Shown here in pieces: positions 36,447 to 46,564 of a stretch of 64,000 bases of DNA; the first letter of the stretch is position 1; every line of letters begins with the position of its first letter. The stretch is from Candidatus Omnitrophota bacterium. Lineage in GTDB: Bacteria > Omnitrophota > Gorgyraeia > Zapsychrales > JANLHA01. A program made the position numbers and the translations under genes. The notes under the pieces are model-generated. The model saw only the letters and a program-made list of their open reading frames with translations. It was not told the origin of the DNA and searched no databases. The stretch is taken from the NCBI GenBank assembly GCA_023247795.1, contig JAHFFT010000009.1, positions 578 to 64,577 of the forward strand, given 5' to 3'.

Positions 36447-37805
36447 ATGGCATCATTTGAAATAGAAAAAATAAAAAAATCCTTGCCAAACTCCTCCGCG
36501 AACTATCGAGTGAATTTGGGATGTCTGTTTTTCTTTTTTGCCACGATGACTTTGCTTCCTAAATTTTTTCCATCAATGGGATCGATCCAGCTGATGTTAC
36601 TCTGCCTTTTGACAACGGTCATTCCTTTATGGCTATACGACCTTTTCATTGTTCAGATATACCGACGACCATCCACCGATCTTCTAACCAAACCAACTCA
36701 ATTCAATAAAGAACGTCTCGTCATCAAATTGATCGGCTTTTACACAACGATCTTCGTTATCCTTTGTTTCTATTACCTCATTGACACGTTTTTCCCGGGC
36801 TCCATGCTGGAGACCTTTTTAAAATTTCTCAATCCTGCCGCGCCATGGTTGATCGTTCTTAGCCCCATCTATTTTTGCAAAATTGACCGCCAACAAAAAA
36901 ATCCTTATGATGAATACTGGCAAATGGGCTGCCTGATAATTGGACGCTGGAGGGACATTGATGCTCAAGTCCTTAAAGAATATATTCGGGTCTGGTTCAT
37001 TAAGGGTTTTTTCACACCTTTTCTTTTTGTCCTCCTTTTAAGATATCTCGAACATAACCTTTCCTTTCATGAAAAGAGCTGGAACTTTTTATCTTTTCAC
37101 GGCTATCTTTTAGATCTATTTTATACTGCTGATGTTATCTATGGTCTCTTAGGATATGTCTTCACTTGTCGGATTTTAGACACCCACATCCGATCCACAG
37201 AACCAACATTTTTGGGATGGCTTGTTTGTTTGATGTGTTATGATCCGCTCAATACCTATTTTGGCATTGGACTGTTTCAATATGACGATGGTCTTCAATG
37301 GCAGCATTGGTTCGCTTTTTTTCCCATCTTTTATTACTTCTACGCGATTGTGATTTTCTTTTTAACGCTTGTTTACGGCCTATCCACAGTGGCCTTTGGT
37401 TATCGCATGTCCAATCTCACTTATCGAGGGCTCATCACGTCCGGACCATACCGCTTTACCAAACACCCAGCCTATGTGTGTAAAGTTGCCAGCTGGTGGC
37501 TCATTTCTTTGCCATTTCTCTCAGTCAGTGGCCCTGGCGTGGCTCTCAAAAACACCCTAAGCCTGTTGTTTATCTCATTCATCTATTACCTACGCGCCCG
37601 AACCGAAGAAAATCATCTTTCCAATTATCCGGAATATGTCGAATACGGGAATTGGATGAACGATCATGGTGTCTTTCGGTCGATCGGCAAATTTCTCCCA
37701 TTCCTAAAATATTCCGAAGAAAAATGTAAGCGCTGGAAAAGTATTGTTTGGTTTAAAAAGAGCGGAGTTAAGACAATTCACTCAAAAATGCCTATAAACC
37801 ATTGA
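36447..37805 (+). CDS. Polytopic membrane protein with a C-terminal ICMT/PEMT-family methyltransferase-like domain
   Basis: Multiple hydrophobic spans. The C-terminus LITSGPYRFTKHPAYV...RARTEENHL...YPEYVEY matches the GPY..RHPxY...EE motif of isoprenylcysteine carboxyl / phospholipid methyltransferases. Confidence 0.55.
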   Translation: MASFEIEKIKKSLPNSSANYRVNLGCLFFFFATMTLLPKFFPSMGSIQLMLLCLLTTVIPLWLYDLFIVQIYRRPSTDLLTKPTQFNKERLVIKLIGFYTTIFVILCFYYLIDTFFPGSMLETFLKFLNPAAPWLIVLSPIYFCKIDRQQKNPYDEYWQMGCLIIGRWRDIDAQVLKEYIRVWFIKGFFTPFLFVLLLRYLEHNLSFHEKSWNFLSFHGYLLDLFYTADVIYGLLGYVFTCRILDTHIRSTEPTFLGWLVCLMCYDPLNTYFGIGLFQYDDGLQWQHWFAFFPIFYYFYAIVIFFLTLVYGLSTVAFGYRMSNLTYRGLITSGPYRFTKHPAYVCKVASWWLISLPFLSVSGPGVALKNTLSLLFISFIYYLRARTEENHLSNYPEYVEYGNWMNDHGVFRSIGKFLPFLKYSEEKCKRWKSIVWFKKSGVKTIHSKMPINH

Positions 37806-37829
37806 CAAGACGCATAAAAATGTTATAAT
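37802..37829 (+). promoter_or_regulatory. Consensus sigma70 promoter (TTGACA-N16-TATAAT) upstream of rplM
   Basis: ttgaca at 37802-37807 and tataat at 37824-37829. Confidence 0.6.
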
Positions 37830-37858
37830 TTTGCGCATTGTTAAAATGAACCTTTGAG

Positions 37859-38317
37859 GTGAATATGAAGCTCAGTAAAAGCTATCTTCCAGATCCCAAA
37901 AAGATTGAACGCAAATATTATTTGGTCGATGCCAAAGATGTGATCCTAGGTCGGTTGGCGGCCAAGGTTGCTACAATTTTACGAGGGAAACATAAAACGA
38001 TTTATACGCCTCACTTGGAAACCGGGGACTCGGTGATTGTCATCAACGCCTCGAAAATCAAGGTGAGTGGAAAAAAATTACAAGACAAAGTCTATCAAAA
38101 ATATTCCGGCTATCCGTCGGGACAGCGTTGTTTGAGTCTCGCGCAACTTTTACAAAAATCGCCGGAGGCTGTGATCAGGTCGGCCGTCGATCGGATGATT
38201 CCGCGTGGCAGGTTAGGTTACGCCATACGCACTCGACTACGGGTTTATGCCGGAGACAAACATCCGCATCAAGCACAAAAACCAATTACCCTGGTCATAT
38301 CCGAGGAGAAAAAATAG
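37859..38317 (+). CDS. rplM: 50S ribosomal protein L13
   Basis: YYLVDAKDVILGRLAAKVATILRGKH...YTPH, the L13 signature. Confidence 0.9.
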   Translation: MNMKLSKSYLPDPKKIERKYYLVDAKDVILGRLAAKVATILRGKHKTIYTPHLETGDSVIVINASKIKVSGKKLQDKVYQKYSGYPSGQRCLSLAQLLQKSPEAVIRSAVDRMIPRGRLGYAIRTRLRVYAGDKHPHQAQKPITLVISEEKK

Positions 38318-38319
38318 TC

Positions 38320-38715
38320 ATGGTTGAAATCGTTAAATATGGCGCCACGGGCCGACGAAAAAACGCGATTGCCCGAGTCAATCTTACTCCGGGACAGGGC
38401 ACCATCCAGGTGAACAAACGCGAATTTGAAAAATATTTCAATCAAGAAACAGATCGAATCATGATCATGGAACCTATGAAAATCACGAATACATTAAAAA
38501 AATATGATATTGCTGTTGAAGTCAATGGTGGCGGGATGTCTGGTCAGGCCGGCGCATTCCGTTTAGGGCTTTCACGAGCCTTGGTTAAAATCGATGGTGA
38601 GTATAAGCCATTGTTAAAAAAGGCTGACTGCTTACGCAGAGATGACAGAATGAAGGAAAGAAAGAAACCCGGACAAAAGGGGGCACGTAGGAAGTTTCAG
38701 TGGGTCAAAAGATAA
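38320..38715 (+). CDS. rpsI: 30S ribosomal protein S9
   Basis: YGATGRRKNAIARV...GGGMSGQAGAFRLGLSRAL...RRKFQWVKR. ATG at 38320; ORF 38128 is an over-extension that overlaps rplM. Confidence 0.9.
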   Translation: MVEIVKYGATGRRKNAIARVNLTPGQGTIQVNKREFEKYFNQETDRIMIMEPMKITNTLKKYDIAVEVNGGGMSGQAGAFRLGLSRALVKIDGEYKPLLKKADCLRRDDRMKERKKPGQKGARRKFQWVKR

Positions 38716-38744
38716 CACCAAAAATTTAAGATTTCAAACAGAAA

Positions 38745-38793
38745 AACCTATCTCCCTCGATAAAAACGTTGACGAGATAGGTTTTTTCTTTTA
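38745..38793 (+). terminator. Rho-independent terminator after rpsI (aacctatctc...gagataggtt plus T-run)
   Basis: 10-bp stem followed by tttttctttt. Confidence 0.7.
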
Positions 38794-38829
38794 TTATAAA
38801 CATTTCTCTAGCAACAATTAGCGAAAAAT

Positions 38830-39861
38830 ATGAGGCATTCAATGATCAAAGTTGGAATTGTTGGTATCAGTGGCTATTCTGGCGTAACCGCTTTAGAAAT
38901 CCTTCTCAAACACCCAAAGGTAAGGGTGACCTATGTCAGTGCCAATCAAACCAGCGGTAAGGTGGAAGATATCTGGCCGAAGTTAAAAGGGCAATGCTCG
39001 TTATCCTGCAGTCGCTATCAGGCAGAAAAAGCGGTCAAGGCTTGTGATGTGATTTTTTTAGCGGTTCCGCACACCGTTGCCATGGGATTGGCACCAGAAT
39101 TATTGAAATCCAAAATGAAAATCATTGACTTGAGCGCCGATTACCGTCTTCCCGAGGCTGATCATTATCAAAAATTTTATGAAACCGTGCACAAGGATCA
39201 AGGGAATCTTAAGAATGCGGTTTACGGGCTGCCGGAGCTTTACCGAACACAAATCAAAAAGGCCATTCTTGTCGCCAATCCGGGATGCTACCCGACCGCC
39301 GCAATCTTAGGCTGCGCTCCCATCATGGCCACTTATTCCAACACCGTCGAACAGATCATCATCGACGCCAAATCCGGAGTGAGCGGCGCAGGTAAAAAAC
39401 TCAGCGAAAGCTTGATGTTCTGTGAAGTCAATGACAACTTTAAGGCTTATAAAGTTCTCAACCATCAACATATACCGGAAATCGAACATTACTTGTCCCG
39501 TCTGGCTGGCAAGGATTTCCCTTTGACATTTGTTCCGCATCTCTTGCCTGTCAATCGAGGGATCTTGGCGACCATTTACATTTCCTTAAATAAAAAAATG
39601 TCTTACCAGCAGGTTTACGATCTGTATCAAAAATTTTATAAAACCGAACCCTTTGTACGGGTCTTAAAACCGAATGAACACGCGGAATTGAAAAATGTGG
39701 CCTATACGAATTTCTGCGACATCGGAATCAGCGTCGATGAAAATAAAAAACTTTTGATCATCACCTCGGCAATTGACAATCTTCTCAAAGGGGCTGCTGG
39801 TCAGGCCGTCCAAAATATGAATATCATGCATCAATTTGAAGAAACAACGGGGTTGCTATGA
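38830..39861 (+). CDS. argC: N-acetyl-gamma-glutamyl-phosphate reductase ArgC
   Basis: KVGIVGISGYSG NAD fold and GCYPTA active-site Cys. The alternative start at 38842 (MIKVG) is possible. Confidence 0.85.
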   Translation: MRHSMIKVGIVGISGYSGVTALEILLKHPKVRVTYVSANQTSGKVEDIWPKLKGQCSLSCSRYQAEKAVKACDVIFLAVPHTVAMGLAPELLKSKMKIIDLSADYRLPEADHYQKFYETVHKDQGNLKNAVYGLPELYRTQIKKAILVANPGCYPTAAILGCAPIMATYSNTVEQIIIDAKSGVSGAGKKLSESLMFCEVNDNFKAYKVLNHQHIPEIEHYLSRLAGKDFPLTFVPHLLPVNRGILATIYISLNKKMSYQQVYDLYQKFYKTEPFVRVLKPNEHAELKNVAYTNFCDIGISVDENKKLLIITSAIDNLLKGAAGQAVQNMNIMHQFEETTGLL

Positions 39862-40997
39862 AAACAATCAATGGTGGCGTCACGGCCACACCTGGATTCT
39901 TGGCCAATGGCCTATGGTGCGGAATCAAACGCTCTCGCAAACCAGATTTGGCTCTGATCTACGCCGAAAATCCCTGTGTGGCAGCCGGAGTCTTTACAAA
40001 AAATTCCATTAAAGCGGCACCGTTGATCGTCAGCCAAGAACATATCAAAAATCATCAAGCCCAGGCGATCATTGTTAACAGCGGCAACGCCAACTGCTTC
40101 ACTGGTGAGTTCGGAATGCTTTACGCCAAACAATCAACGGAATTGATCGCTCAATTGCTCAAGATAAAGACCGAAGATGTTTTAGTCACCTCGACTGGCA
40201 TCATCGGCAAACCACTGCCCTTTAACAAAATCGTGGCAGCAGCAGCACAGCTCGTGCAGGGACTTTCTCATCAGGGAGGGAAAAAAGCGGCCGAAGCGAT
40301 TTTGACAACAGATCTCATCGCGAAAGAAATCGCCGTACAGACAGTGATTGACGGAAAAAAAATCACTATCGGCGCCTGCGCTAAAGGATCAGGTATGATC
40401 GCACCCAACATGGCGACCATGCTTGGGTTTATCACGACCGATGCTGCCATTTCGGCATCCCTGCTGCAAACAGCATTAGCGGATTGCGTTGATGGCACCT
40501 TCAACTGCATCACCATCGACGGATGTATGAGCACCAACGACATGGTGACACTCTTTGCCAATGGCCAAGCAAAGAATAAAACAATCCGCTCTGCTGATAA
40601 AAATTATAAAAAATTTTACGCTGCCTTGCACTATGTGTGTCTGGATCTCGCGAAACGAATCGTTAGGGACGGCGAAGGGGCAACCAAATTTTTAGAAATC
40701 CGCGTCAACGGAGCAAAAGGCAAAAAGGAAGCCCGTCAAACGGCTTTGGCCATTGCCAACTCCAATCTGGTAAAAACCGCGGCTTATGGCAGCAATCCCA
40801 ATTGGGGACGGGTCGCGGCCGCCATCGGGGCCTTGGGTCTTACAATCTCGGAGAATGAACTAAAAATTTCCTTCAGCTCTTTCAAGAAAAAAAACATTAC
40901 CATCACGATTGCCCTCAAACGCGGCAGTCATCAGGCCTGCGTCTACACAACAGATCTTTCCCTTGATTACATCAAAATCAACGGCGCTTACACTTAA
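39858..40997 (+). CDS. argJ: Bifunctional ornithine acetyltransferase / N-acetylglutamate synthase ArgJ
   Basis: GFITTDA...ATML autoproteolytic Thr region typical of ArgJ. Confidence 0.85.
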   Translation: MKTINGGVTATPGFLANGLWCGIKRSRKPDLALIYAENPCVAAGVFTKNSIKAAPLIVSQEHIKNHQAQAIIVNSGNANCFTGEFGMLYAKQSTELIAQLLKIKTEDVLVTSTGIIGKPLPFNKIVAAAAQLVQGLSHQGGKKAAEAILTTDLIAKEIAVQTVIDGKKITIGACAKGSGMIAPNMATMLGFITTDAAISASLLQTALADCVDGTFNCITIDGCMSTNDMVTLFANGQAKNKTIRSADKNYKKFYAALHYVCLDLAKRIVRDGEGATKFLEIRVNGAKGKKEARQTALAIANSNLVKTAAYGSNPNWGRVAAAIGALGLTISENELKISFSSFKKKNITITIALKRGSHQACVYTTDLSLDYIKINGAYT

Positions 40998-41010
40998 ATT
41001 GGACTGCTCC

Positions 41011-41868
41011 ATGAAAAAATTCATCGAAAAAGCCAGTGTCCTTGTTGAGGCAATTCCTTATATCCACGCCTTTCGCCGCACAGTGTTTGTGATTAAGTAC
41101 GGTGGCAGCATCTTACACGATCAGCAAATACGCAAACAGGTCTTGGGCGATATCGTTTTCTTGAGCTGTGTTGGGATCCGTGTTGTTTTGGTTCATGGGG
41201 GTGGGCCGCACATCAGCTCGCGATTAAAAGAGCTGGGCGTCATTTCCAAATTTCACGACGGTATTCGCGTCACTGATCAAACAACTTTGCAAATCGTTAC
41301 CGAGGAATTGGATAAATTGAATAAAAGCATTGTCCAAGAAATCAAGGAGCTGCGCGGCGATGTCACGGGATTGAAGGGACAGGAAAACATCATTCACGTT
41401 GAGAAGAAAACAGCGTCCAAAGATCTGGGGTTTGTCGGCACCATCAAAAATGTTGAACGAAAAGCCATTGAAGAACATATCCAGCAAGGCTGCATCACTG
41501 TCATTTCTCCCATGGGGATCAGCACTGAAAAGCAGACCCATAACGTCAACGCCGACGAGGTGGCAAGCGCCATTGCGGTTTCTTTAAAAGCCGAAAAGCT
41601 GGTCTTATTAACGAATGTGCAAGGTGTGATTCGTGACTTGAATGATCCTAGCTCACTCATCTCTTCTTTAAACGTACACGAGATTGAAAAATTGATCGAA
41701 CAAAAGGTCATTCAAGGCGGCATGATCCCCAAAGTTCAGGCTGGGATTGAAGCCGTGGTTGGCGGAGTAAAAAAAGCGCATATCGTCGACGCCAAACTCC
41801 GGCACGCGCTGTTATTAGAAATCTTTACCGATCAGGGGATCGGAACCCAGATCGTTAATTCCAAATAG
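41011..41868 (+). CDS. argB: Acetylglutamate kinase ArgB
   Basis: FVIKYGGS...VLVHGGGP amino-acid-kinase motifs. ATG at 41011. Confidence 0.85.
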   Translation: MKKFIEKASVLVEAIPYIHAFRRTVFVIKYGGSILHDQQIRKQVLGDIVFLSCVGIRVVLVHGGGPHISSRLKELGVISKFHDGIRVTDQTTLQIVTEELDKLNKSIVQEIKELRGDVTGLKGQENIIHVEKKTASKDLGFVGTIKNVERKAIEEHIQQGCITVISPMGISTEKQTHNVNADEVASAIAVSLKAEKLVLLTNVQGVIRDLNDPSSLISSLNVHEIEKLIEQKVIQGGMIPKVQAGIEAVVGGVKKAHIVDAKLRHALLLEIFTDQGIGTQIVNSK

Positions 41869-41930
41869 GAAATGATGTTCCCCCATGCCAACCTGCGAGG
41901 TGAGAATTGGGGAGGCCATCAACTGAAAAA

Positions 41931-43115
41931 ATGAACCAAACAGATATCATTGCCAATTACCACAAATATATTTTGGATACCTATACGCGGACACCTTTGA
42001 TCTTCGTCAAGGGCAAAGGAATGAGTTTGACCGATATCCATGGGAAAAAATATTTGGACTTTTTCCCGGGATGGGGGGTCAACAACATCGGACACTGTCA
42101 TCCGAAAGTCATGGCCGGGGTGCGCGATCAAATCGGAAAACTGATCCATATCCCTAACAATTTTTATCATCTGCAGCAGGCGAAATTGGCTAAAGAAATC
42201 ATCCGCAATTCTTTTGCCGGAAAAATCTTTTTCTGCAACAGTGGCGCCGAAGGCTGCGAGGCCGCCATCAAACTGGCCAAGGCCTATGGACAAAGCGACC
42301 ATCGTCATGAAATCATTGCCATGAATAAAAATTTTCATGGCCGAACCATAGGGGCCTTGAGTGCTACCGGACAAAGCAAATACCAAGAAGGATTTTTGCC
42401 ATTGCTCGACGGGTTCAAACACGTTGCCTTCAACGATATCGAAGCGGTCAAAAATGCACTGAGTGAAAAGACCGTTGCCATCCTGCTCGAACTGGTCCAA
42501 GGCGAAGGAGGGATCCATATTGCTGAGCAAACCTTCATTCAAGAATTGCGTAAGTTGTGCGATCAAAAAAACATCTTGCTCATTTTTGACGAAGTACAGA
42601 CGGGTATGGGGCGTACTGGTGAAATCTTTGCTTACAAACATTATGGGGTGATCCCCGATGCCATGGTCTTGGCCAAGGCCTTAGGGGGTGGACTGCCCAT
42701 AGGGGCTTTGGTCGTCGGAAAAAAATTTTGTGGGGTTTTGAAACCCGGAATGCACGCCTCGACCTTTGGCGGTAGCCCGCTGATTTGCAAGGCCGCGTTA
42801 GGAGTTTTCAAGGCCATTGTTGCCGATAAGATGTTACCCAATGCTAAACGAATGGGCGAATACTTGATCAAAAAATTAAAACATTTGCAGTCAAAATTCA
42901 ATTGCATGAAGGAAGTCCGTGGGTTAGGATTAATGATTGGTGTTGAGCTCACCATCGAAGGTAAACCCCTCATCGAGGAATGCCTCAAACACGGATTGAT
43001 CATCAATTGCACGCAGGGAAATGTTTTACGCATCATGCCGGCCTTAAATGTTACAAAAAAACAGATTGATCGGGCCTTACACATTTTAGAAAAAGCAATG
43101 GAAACAACGATATGA
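41931..43115 (+). CDS. argD: Acetylornithine aminotransferase ArgD
   Basis: Class III aminotransferase with FDEVQTGMGRTG PLP-Lys region. ATG at 41931 follows ggagg; ORF 41907 is a TTG over-extension. Confidence 0.85.
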   Translation: MNQTDIIANYHKYILDTYTRTPLIFVKGKGMSLTDIHGKKYLDFFPGWGVNNIGHCHPKVMAGVRDQIGKLIHIPNNFYHLQQAKLAKEIIRNSFAGKIFFCNSGAEGCEAAIKLAKAYGQSDHRHEIIAMNKNFHGRTIGALSATGQSKYQEGFLPLLDGFKHVAFNDIEAVKNALSEKTVAILLELVQGEGGIHIAEQTFIQELRKLCDQKNILLIFDEVQTGMGRTGEIFAYKHYGVIPDAMVLAKALGGGLPIGALVVGKKFCGVLKPGMHASTFGGSPLICKAALGVFKAIVADKMLPNAKRMGEYLIKKLKHLQSKFNCMKEVRGLGLMIGVELTIEGKPLIEECLKHGLIINCTQGNVLRIMPALNVTKKQIDRALHILEKAMETTI

Positions 43116-44032
43116 AACGCGATCTGATCACATTATTCGATTATACCGCCACAGAGATCCAACAGCTTTTGGAATCGAGCGCCAAATTTAAAAGGGACCG
43201 AACTTTTGGATCGCAACTGCTCCTTGGCAAATCCATTGGTTTGATTTTTCAAAAGCCATCAAACCGCACCCGGGTCTCTTTTGAGGTTGGTGTTAACCAA
43301 CTGGGTGGGAATTGCATTTATCTGGGGCCGGAAGAAATCAATTTGGGGGAACGGGAATCAACGACCGACGTTGCTAAAACATTGTCTCGATACTTAAGCG
43401 CCCTTGTCGCCCGCACCCATGCGCACAAAGTCATTGTTGAACTTGCCGAGCAAGCTAGCATTCCGATCATCAATGGCTTGTCCGATCTTTATCATCCTTG
43501 CCAAGCCTTGGCGGATTTGCTCACGGTGCAGGAAACATTTAAAAACTTGAAAGGGCTCACCTTGGCTTATATCGGCGATGGCAACAATGTCTGTCACTCG
43601 CTCTTGATTGGCTGTTCCAAACTCGGTATCCATATGCGAATAGCAACCCCCAAAGGTTATGAACCTCTTTCAGAGATTGTCAAATCAGCGCAAACCATTG
43701 CGAAAAAATCCGGCGCGCAAATCAAATTGACCCATTCTCCTCAGGAAGCAGTCAAATCAGCACAGGTGATTTATTCTGATGTCTGGGTCAGTATGGGGCA
43801 GGAAAAAGAAGCCAAGAAGAGGTTAAAAATATTTCAGAATTACCAGGTCAATAAAAAATTGCTGCAATCCGCTGACAAGGACCATATCTTTATGCATTGT
43901 CTTCCCGCGCACCGCGGTGAAGAGGTGAGTGCCGATGTCATCGATGGTAAACATTCGGTCGTATTTGACCAGGCGGAAAACCGTTTGCACGTCCAAAAGG
44001 CCGTGCTAGCTTTTTTATTGAAGACGAAATAA
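43112..44032 (+). CDS. argF: Ornithine carbamoyltransferase ArgF
   Basis: STRTR carbamoyl-phosphate motif and HCLP ornithine-binding motif. Confidence 0.9.
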   Translation: MKRDLITLFDYTATEIQQLLESSAKFKRDRTFGSQLLLGKSIGLIFQKPSNRTRVSFEVGVNQLGGNCIYLGPEEINLGERESTTDVAKTLSRYLSALVARTHAHKVIVELAEQASIPIINGLSDLYHPCQALADLLTVQETFKNLKGLTLAYIGDGNNVCHSLLIGCSKLGIHMRIATPKGYEPLSEIVKSAQTIAKKSGAQIKLTHSPQEAVKSAQVIYSDVWVSMGQEKEAKKRLKIFQNYQVNKKLLQSADKDHIFMHCLPAHRGEEVSADVIDGKHSVVFDQAENRLHVQKAVLAFLLKTK

Positions 44033-44052
44033 AAAATAAGGGAGTTTGAAAT

Positions 44053-45219
44053 ATGAAAAAAGTTGTTTTAGCCTATTCTGGCGGACTTGATACCTCCTGC
44101 ATCATCAAATGGCTGGAAAGCAAAAAATACGATTCCATCGCATTCATCGCGAATGTGGGGCAGCAGGAAGATTTCAAATCGATCGAAAATCGCGCGTTAA
44201 AGACCGGTGCTTCCAAGGCCTATGTCTTGGATTTGCAGGAAGAGTTTGTTAACGACTATGTTTTTCCCGCACTCAAGGCCGGAGCGGTTTATGAAAACAA
44301 ATATTTCCTAGCCACCGCGCTTTCTCGTCCGCTGATTGCCAAACATCAGGTCGAGATTGCTCACAAAGAAAAAGCAACGGCGGTTGCCCACGGATGCACG
44401 GGCAAAGGCAACGATCAGGTTCGTTTTGAGACGACGATTTCGCTTTTAGATCGGACATTGGAACAAATCGCACCGGTGCGGATCTGGGAATTTAAGACCC
44501 GCGAACAAGAAATCGAATATGCCAAGAAGCATAAGATTCCGGTTGAGGTCACCAAAAAAAGTCCGTACAGCGTCGATAAAAACCTTTATGGACGCAGCAT
44601 TGAGTGCGGTATTCTTGAAGATCCCTGGGCAGAACCACCAGAGGAAATCTATCAGATGACAACCAATCCGCTAGAAGCACCTAACAAAGCAACCTATATC
44701 GAGATTGAATTTGCAGAAGGGATTCCGGTCAAAATTGACGGAAAAAGTTATCAACCCGTTGCCCTTATTCATGAACTCAACAAAATCGCCGGCGCCAATG
44801 GTGTAGGTCGGGTTGACATGATTGAAAACCGCTTGGTCGGGATCAAATCCCGAGAGATTTATGAAAATCCAGCAGCAACGGTTCTGCACAGCGCGCATCA
44901 AGAACTCGAGGCCTTAGTCCTGGATCGCGAAAGCATGCGTTATAAACAGCCTGTTGCTCATAAGTACGCTGAAATGATCTATTACGGGCTTTGGGAAACG
45001 CCTTTAAAAAAACAGCTCGACGCTTACATTGCTAAAACACAGGAACGTGTGTCTGGGACGATCCGTTTAAAACTGTATAAAGGCACCTGCACGCCAGTAG
45101 GTCGCAAATCGAAATATTCTCGATACAAAATAGAATTAGCGACCTATGGTGACAAAGATGTTTTTGATCAAAAACTGGCCGAAGGGTTTTTACGGCTATG
45201 GAGTTTGCCTTATGAATAA
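44053..45219 (+). CDS. argG: Argininosuccinate synthase ArgG
   Basis: AYSGGLDTS PP-loop ATPase motif. Confidence 0.9.
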   Translation: MKKVVLAYSGGLDTSCIIKWLESKKYDSIAFIANVGQQEDFKSIENRALKTGASKAYVLDLQEEFVNDYVFPALKAGAVYENKYFLATALSRPLIAKHQVEIAHKEKATAVAHGCTGKGNDQVRFETTISLLDRTLEQIAPVRIWEFKTREQEIEYAKKHKIPVEVTKKSPYSVDKNLYGRSIECGILEDPWAEPPEEIYQMTTNPLEAPNKATYIEIEFAEGIPVKIDGKSYQPVALIHELNKIAGANGVGRVDMIENRLVGIKSREIYENPAATVLHSAHQELEALVLDRESMRYKQPVAHKYAEMIYYGLWETPLKKQLDAYIAKTQERVSGTIRLKLYKGTCTPVGRKSKYSRYKIELATYGDKDVFDQKLAEGFLRLWSLPYE

Positions 45220-46561
45220 ATTATGGGGTGGACGTTTTCAAAAAAAGACAAATAAGCTCGTCGAAGAATTTACAAATTCTTTGCGCTTTGACCAAAAATT
45301 GGCCCGCTATGATTGCCTGGGTTCGCTTTTGCATATCAAAGTTTTACGAAAGGCAGGACTGATAAATTCTAAAGAATTCGCGCAACTCCAAAAAGGGTTG
45401 ACGAGCATTAAAGACTCAATTGAGAATGGATCGTTCTTTAAAAAAATCGATCTTGGCTTTGAGGACATCCATTCCTATATCCAAACCGTGTTGGAACAAA
45501 AAGCAGGGAAGGCGGCACTCAAATTGCATACCTGCCGTTCGCGAAATGATCAGGTCTCTTTAGCGACAAAATTGTACTGTTTGGAAGAAAGCAAAATCCT
45601 TATCGAGAACCTGCACAAACTTGACAGCAGTTTGCAACAGTTAGCAGAAGCGAATAATGCTTTGATCATTCCAGGATTCACCCATTTGCAACATGCCATT
45701 CCGGTTCGAATTTATGATTACTTTTTTGCTTATCACCAAATGTTTTTACGAGACAAGAAACGAATCGAGCAGACATTGTCAAACATCCATCCTACTTTAG
45801 GATCTGGGGCCTTGGCAGGAACTATGATCGAGAGTGATTGTTATCATCAGGCGATTGAAAATCTTTCGCATGTAAAAATCACATCTCCCCAAAGCGCTTT
45901 GGACACCGTTAGCGACCGGGATTTTGTGATTGATCTCCTGCACGCGTTATCTATCATTGGGCTGCATCTATCACGCCTAGCCGAAGACCTGATCCTCTGG
46001 TGCACTAAAGAATTTGATTTCATTGATATCGATGAGAGTTTCTGTACCGGAAGTTCCCTGATGCCGCAAAAGAAAAACCCCGATGTCTTGGAATTGGTGC
46101 GCGGGTACACGGGGCGACTGTATGGCAATTATCAGAGTGTCATGGTGATGATGAAAGGGCTGCCCTTGAGTTACAATCGCGATATGCAGCATGATAAAGA
46201 ACCTTTGTTTGATTCGATCGAAATTGTTCAGAAAGAGCTTGCTGTCATGGCCGCACTTTTGCAAAATATCACGTTTAAAAGGGACAAGATCGAAATTCAA
46301 CTTGATGATGAGACACTGTATGCCACCGACATGGCCGATCATCTTGTTAAAAAAGGGATGGAATTTAAGAAAGCGCACCACATCATTGGCGAATTGGTGC
46401 AATATAAAATTCAGTCAGGTCAAAAGATTGTTGATATGGACAACCAGGAATTATCCAAAGTACACCCTTTATTGAAGGCACCGGAATTGAAAAAAATCAT
46501 TGACCCAAAACACTCGGTCGATTCGAAAAAATCTGTTAAAAAGGTCAAATGGGAATTTTAA
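45212..46561 (+). CDS. argH: Argininosuccinate lyase ArgH
   Basis: MNKLWGGRF N-terminus and GSSLMPQKKNPD fumarate-lyase signature. ATG at 45212 overlaps the argG stop. Confidence 0.9.
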   Translation: MNKLWGGRFQKKTNKLVEEFTNSLRFDQKLARYDCLGSLLHIKVLRKAGLINSKEFAQLQKGLTSIKDSIENGSFFKKIDLGFEDIHSYIQTVLEQKAGKAALKLHTCRSRNDQVSLATKLYCLEESKILIENLHKLDSSLQQLAEANNALIIPGFTHLQHAIPVRIYDYFFAYHQMFLRDKKRIEQTLSNIHPTLGSGALAGTMIESDCYHQAIENLSHVKITSPQSALDTVSDRDFVIDLLHALSIIGLHLSRLAEDLILWCTKEFDFIDIDESFCTGSSLMPQKKNPDVLELVRGYTGRLYGNYQSVMVMMKGLPLSYNRDMQHDKEPLFDSIEIVQKELAVMAALLQNITFKRDKIEIQLDDETLYATDMADHLVKKGMEFKKAHHIIGELVQYKIQSGQKIVDMDNQELSKVHPLLKAPELKKIIDPKHSVDSKKSVKKVKWEF

Positions 46562-46564
46562 AAT

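Noticed and set aside
38794-38829. ARG box (ArgR operator) upstream of argC
   Set aside because: The AT-rich sequence ttattataaacatttctc is suggestive but does not clearly match the TNTGAAT-N4-ATTCANW consensus, so it is not called.
41919-42641. 240-aa ORF on the minus strand opposite argD
   Set aside because: It is antisense to a conserved aminotransferase and has no recognisable motifs. It is taken as spurious.
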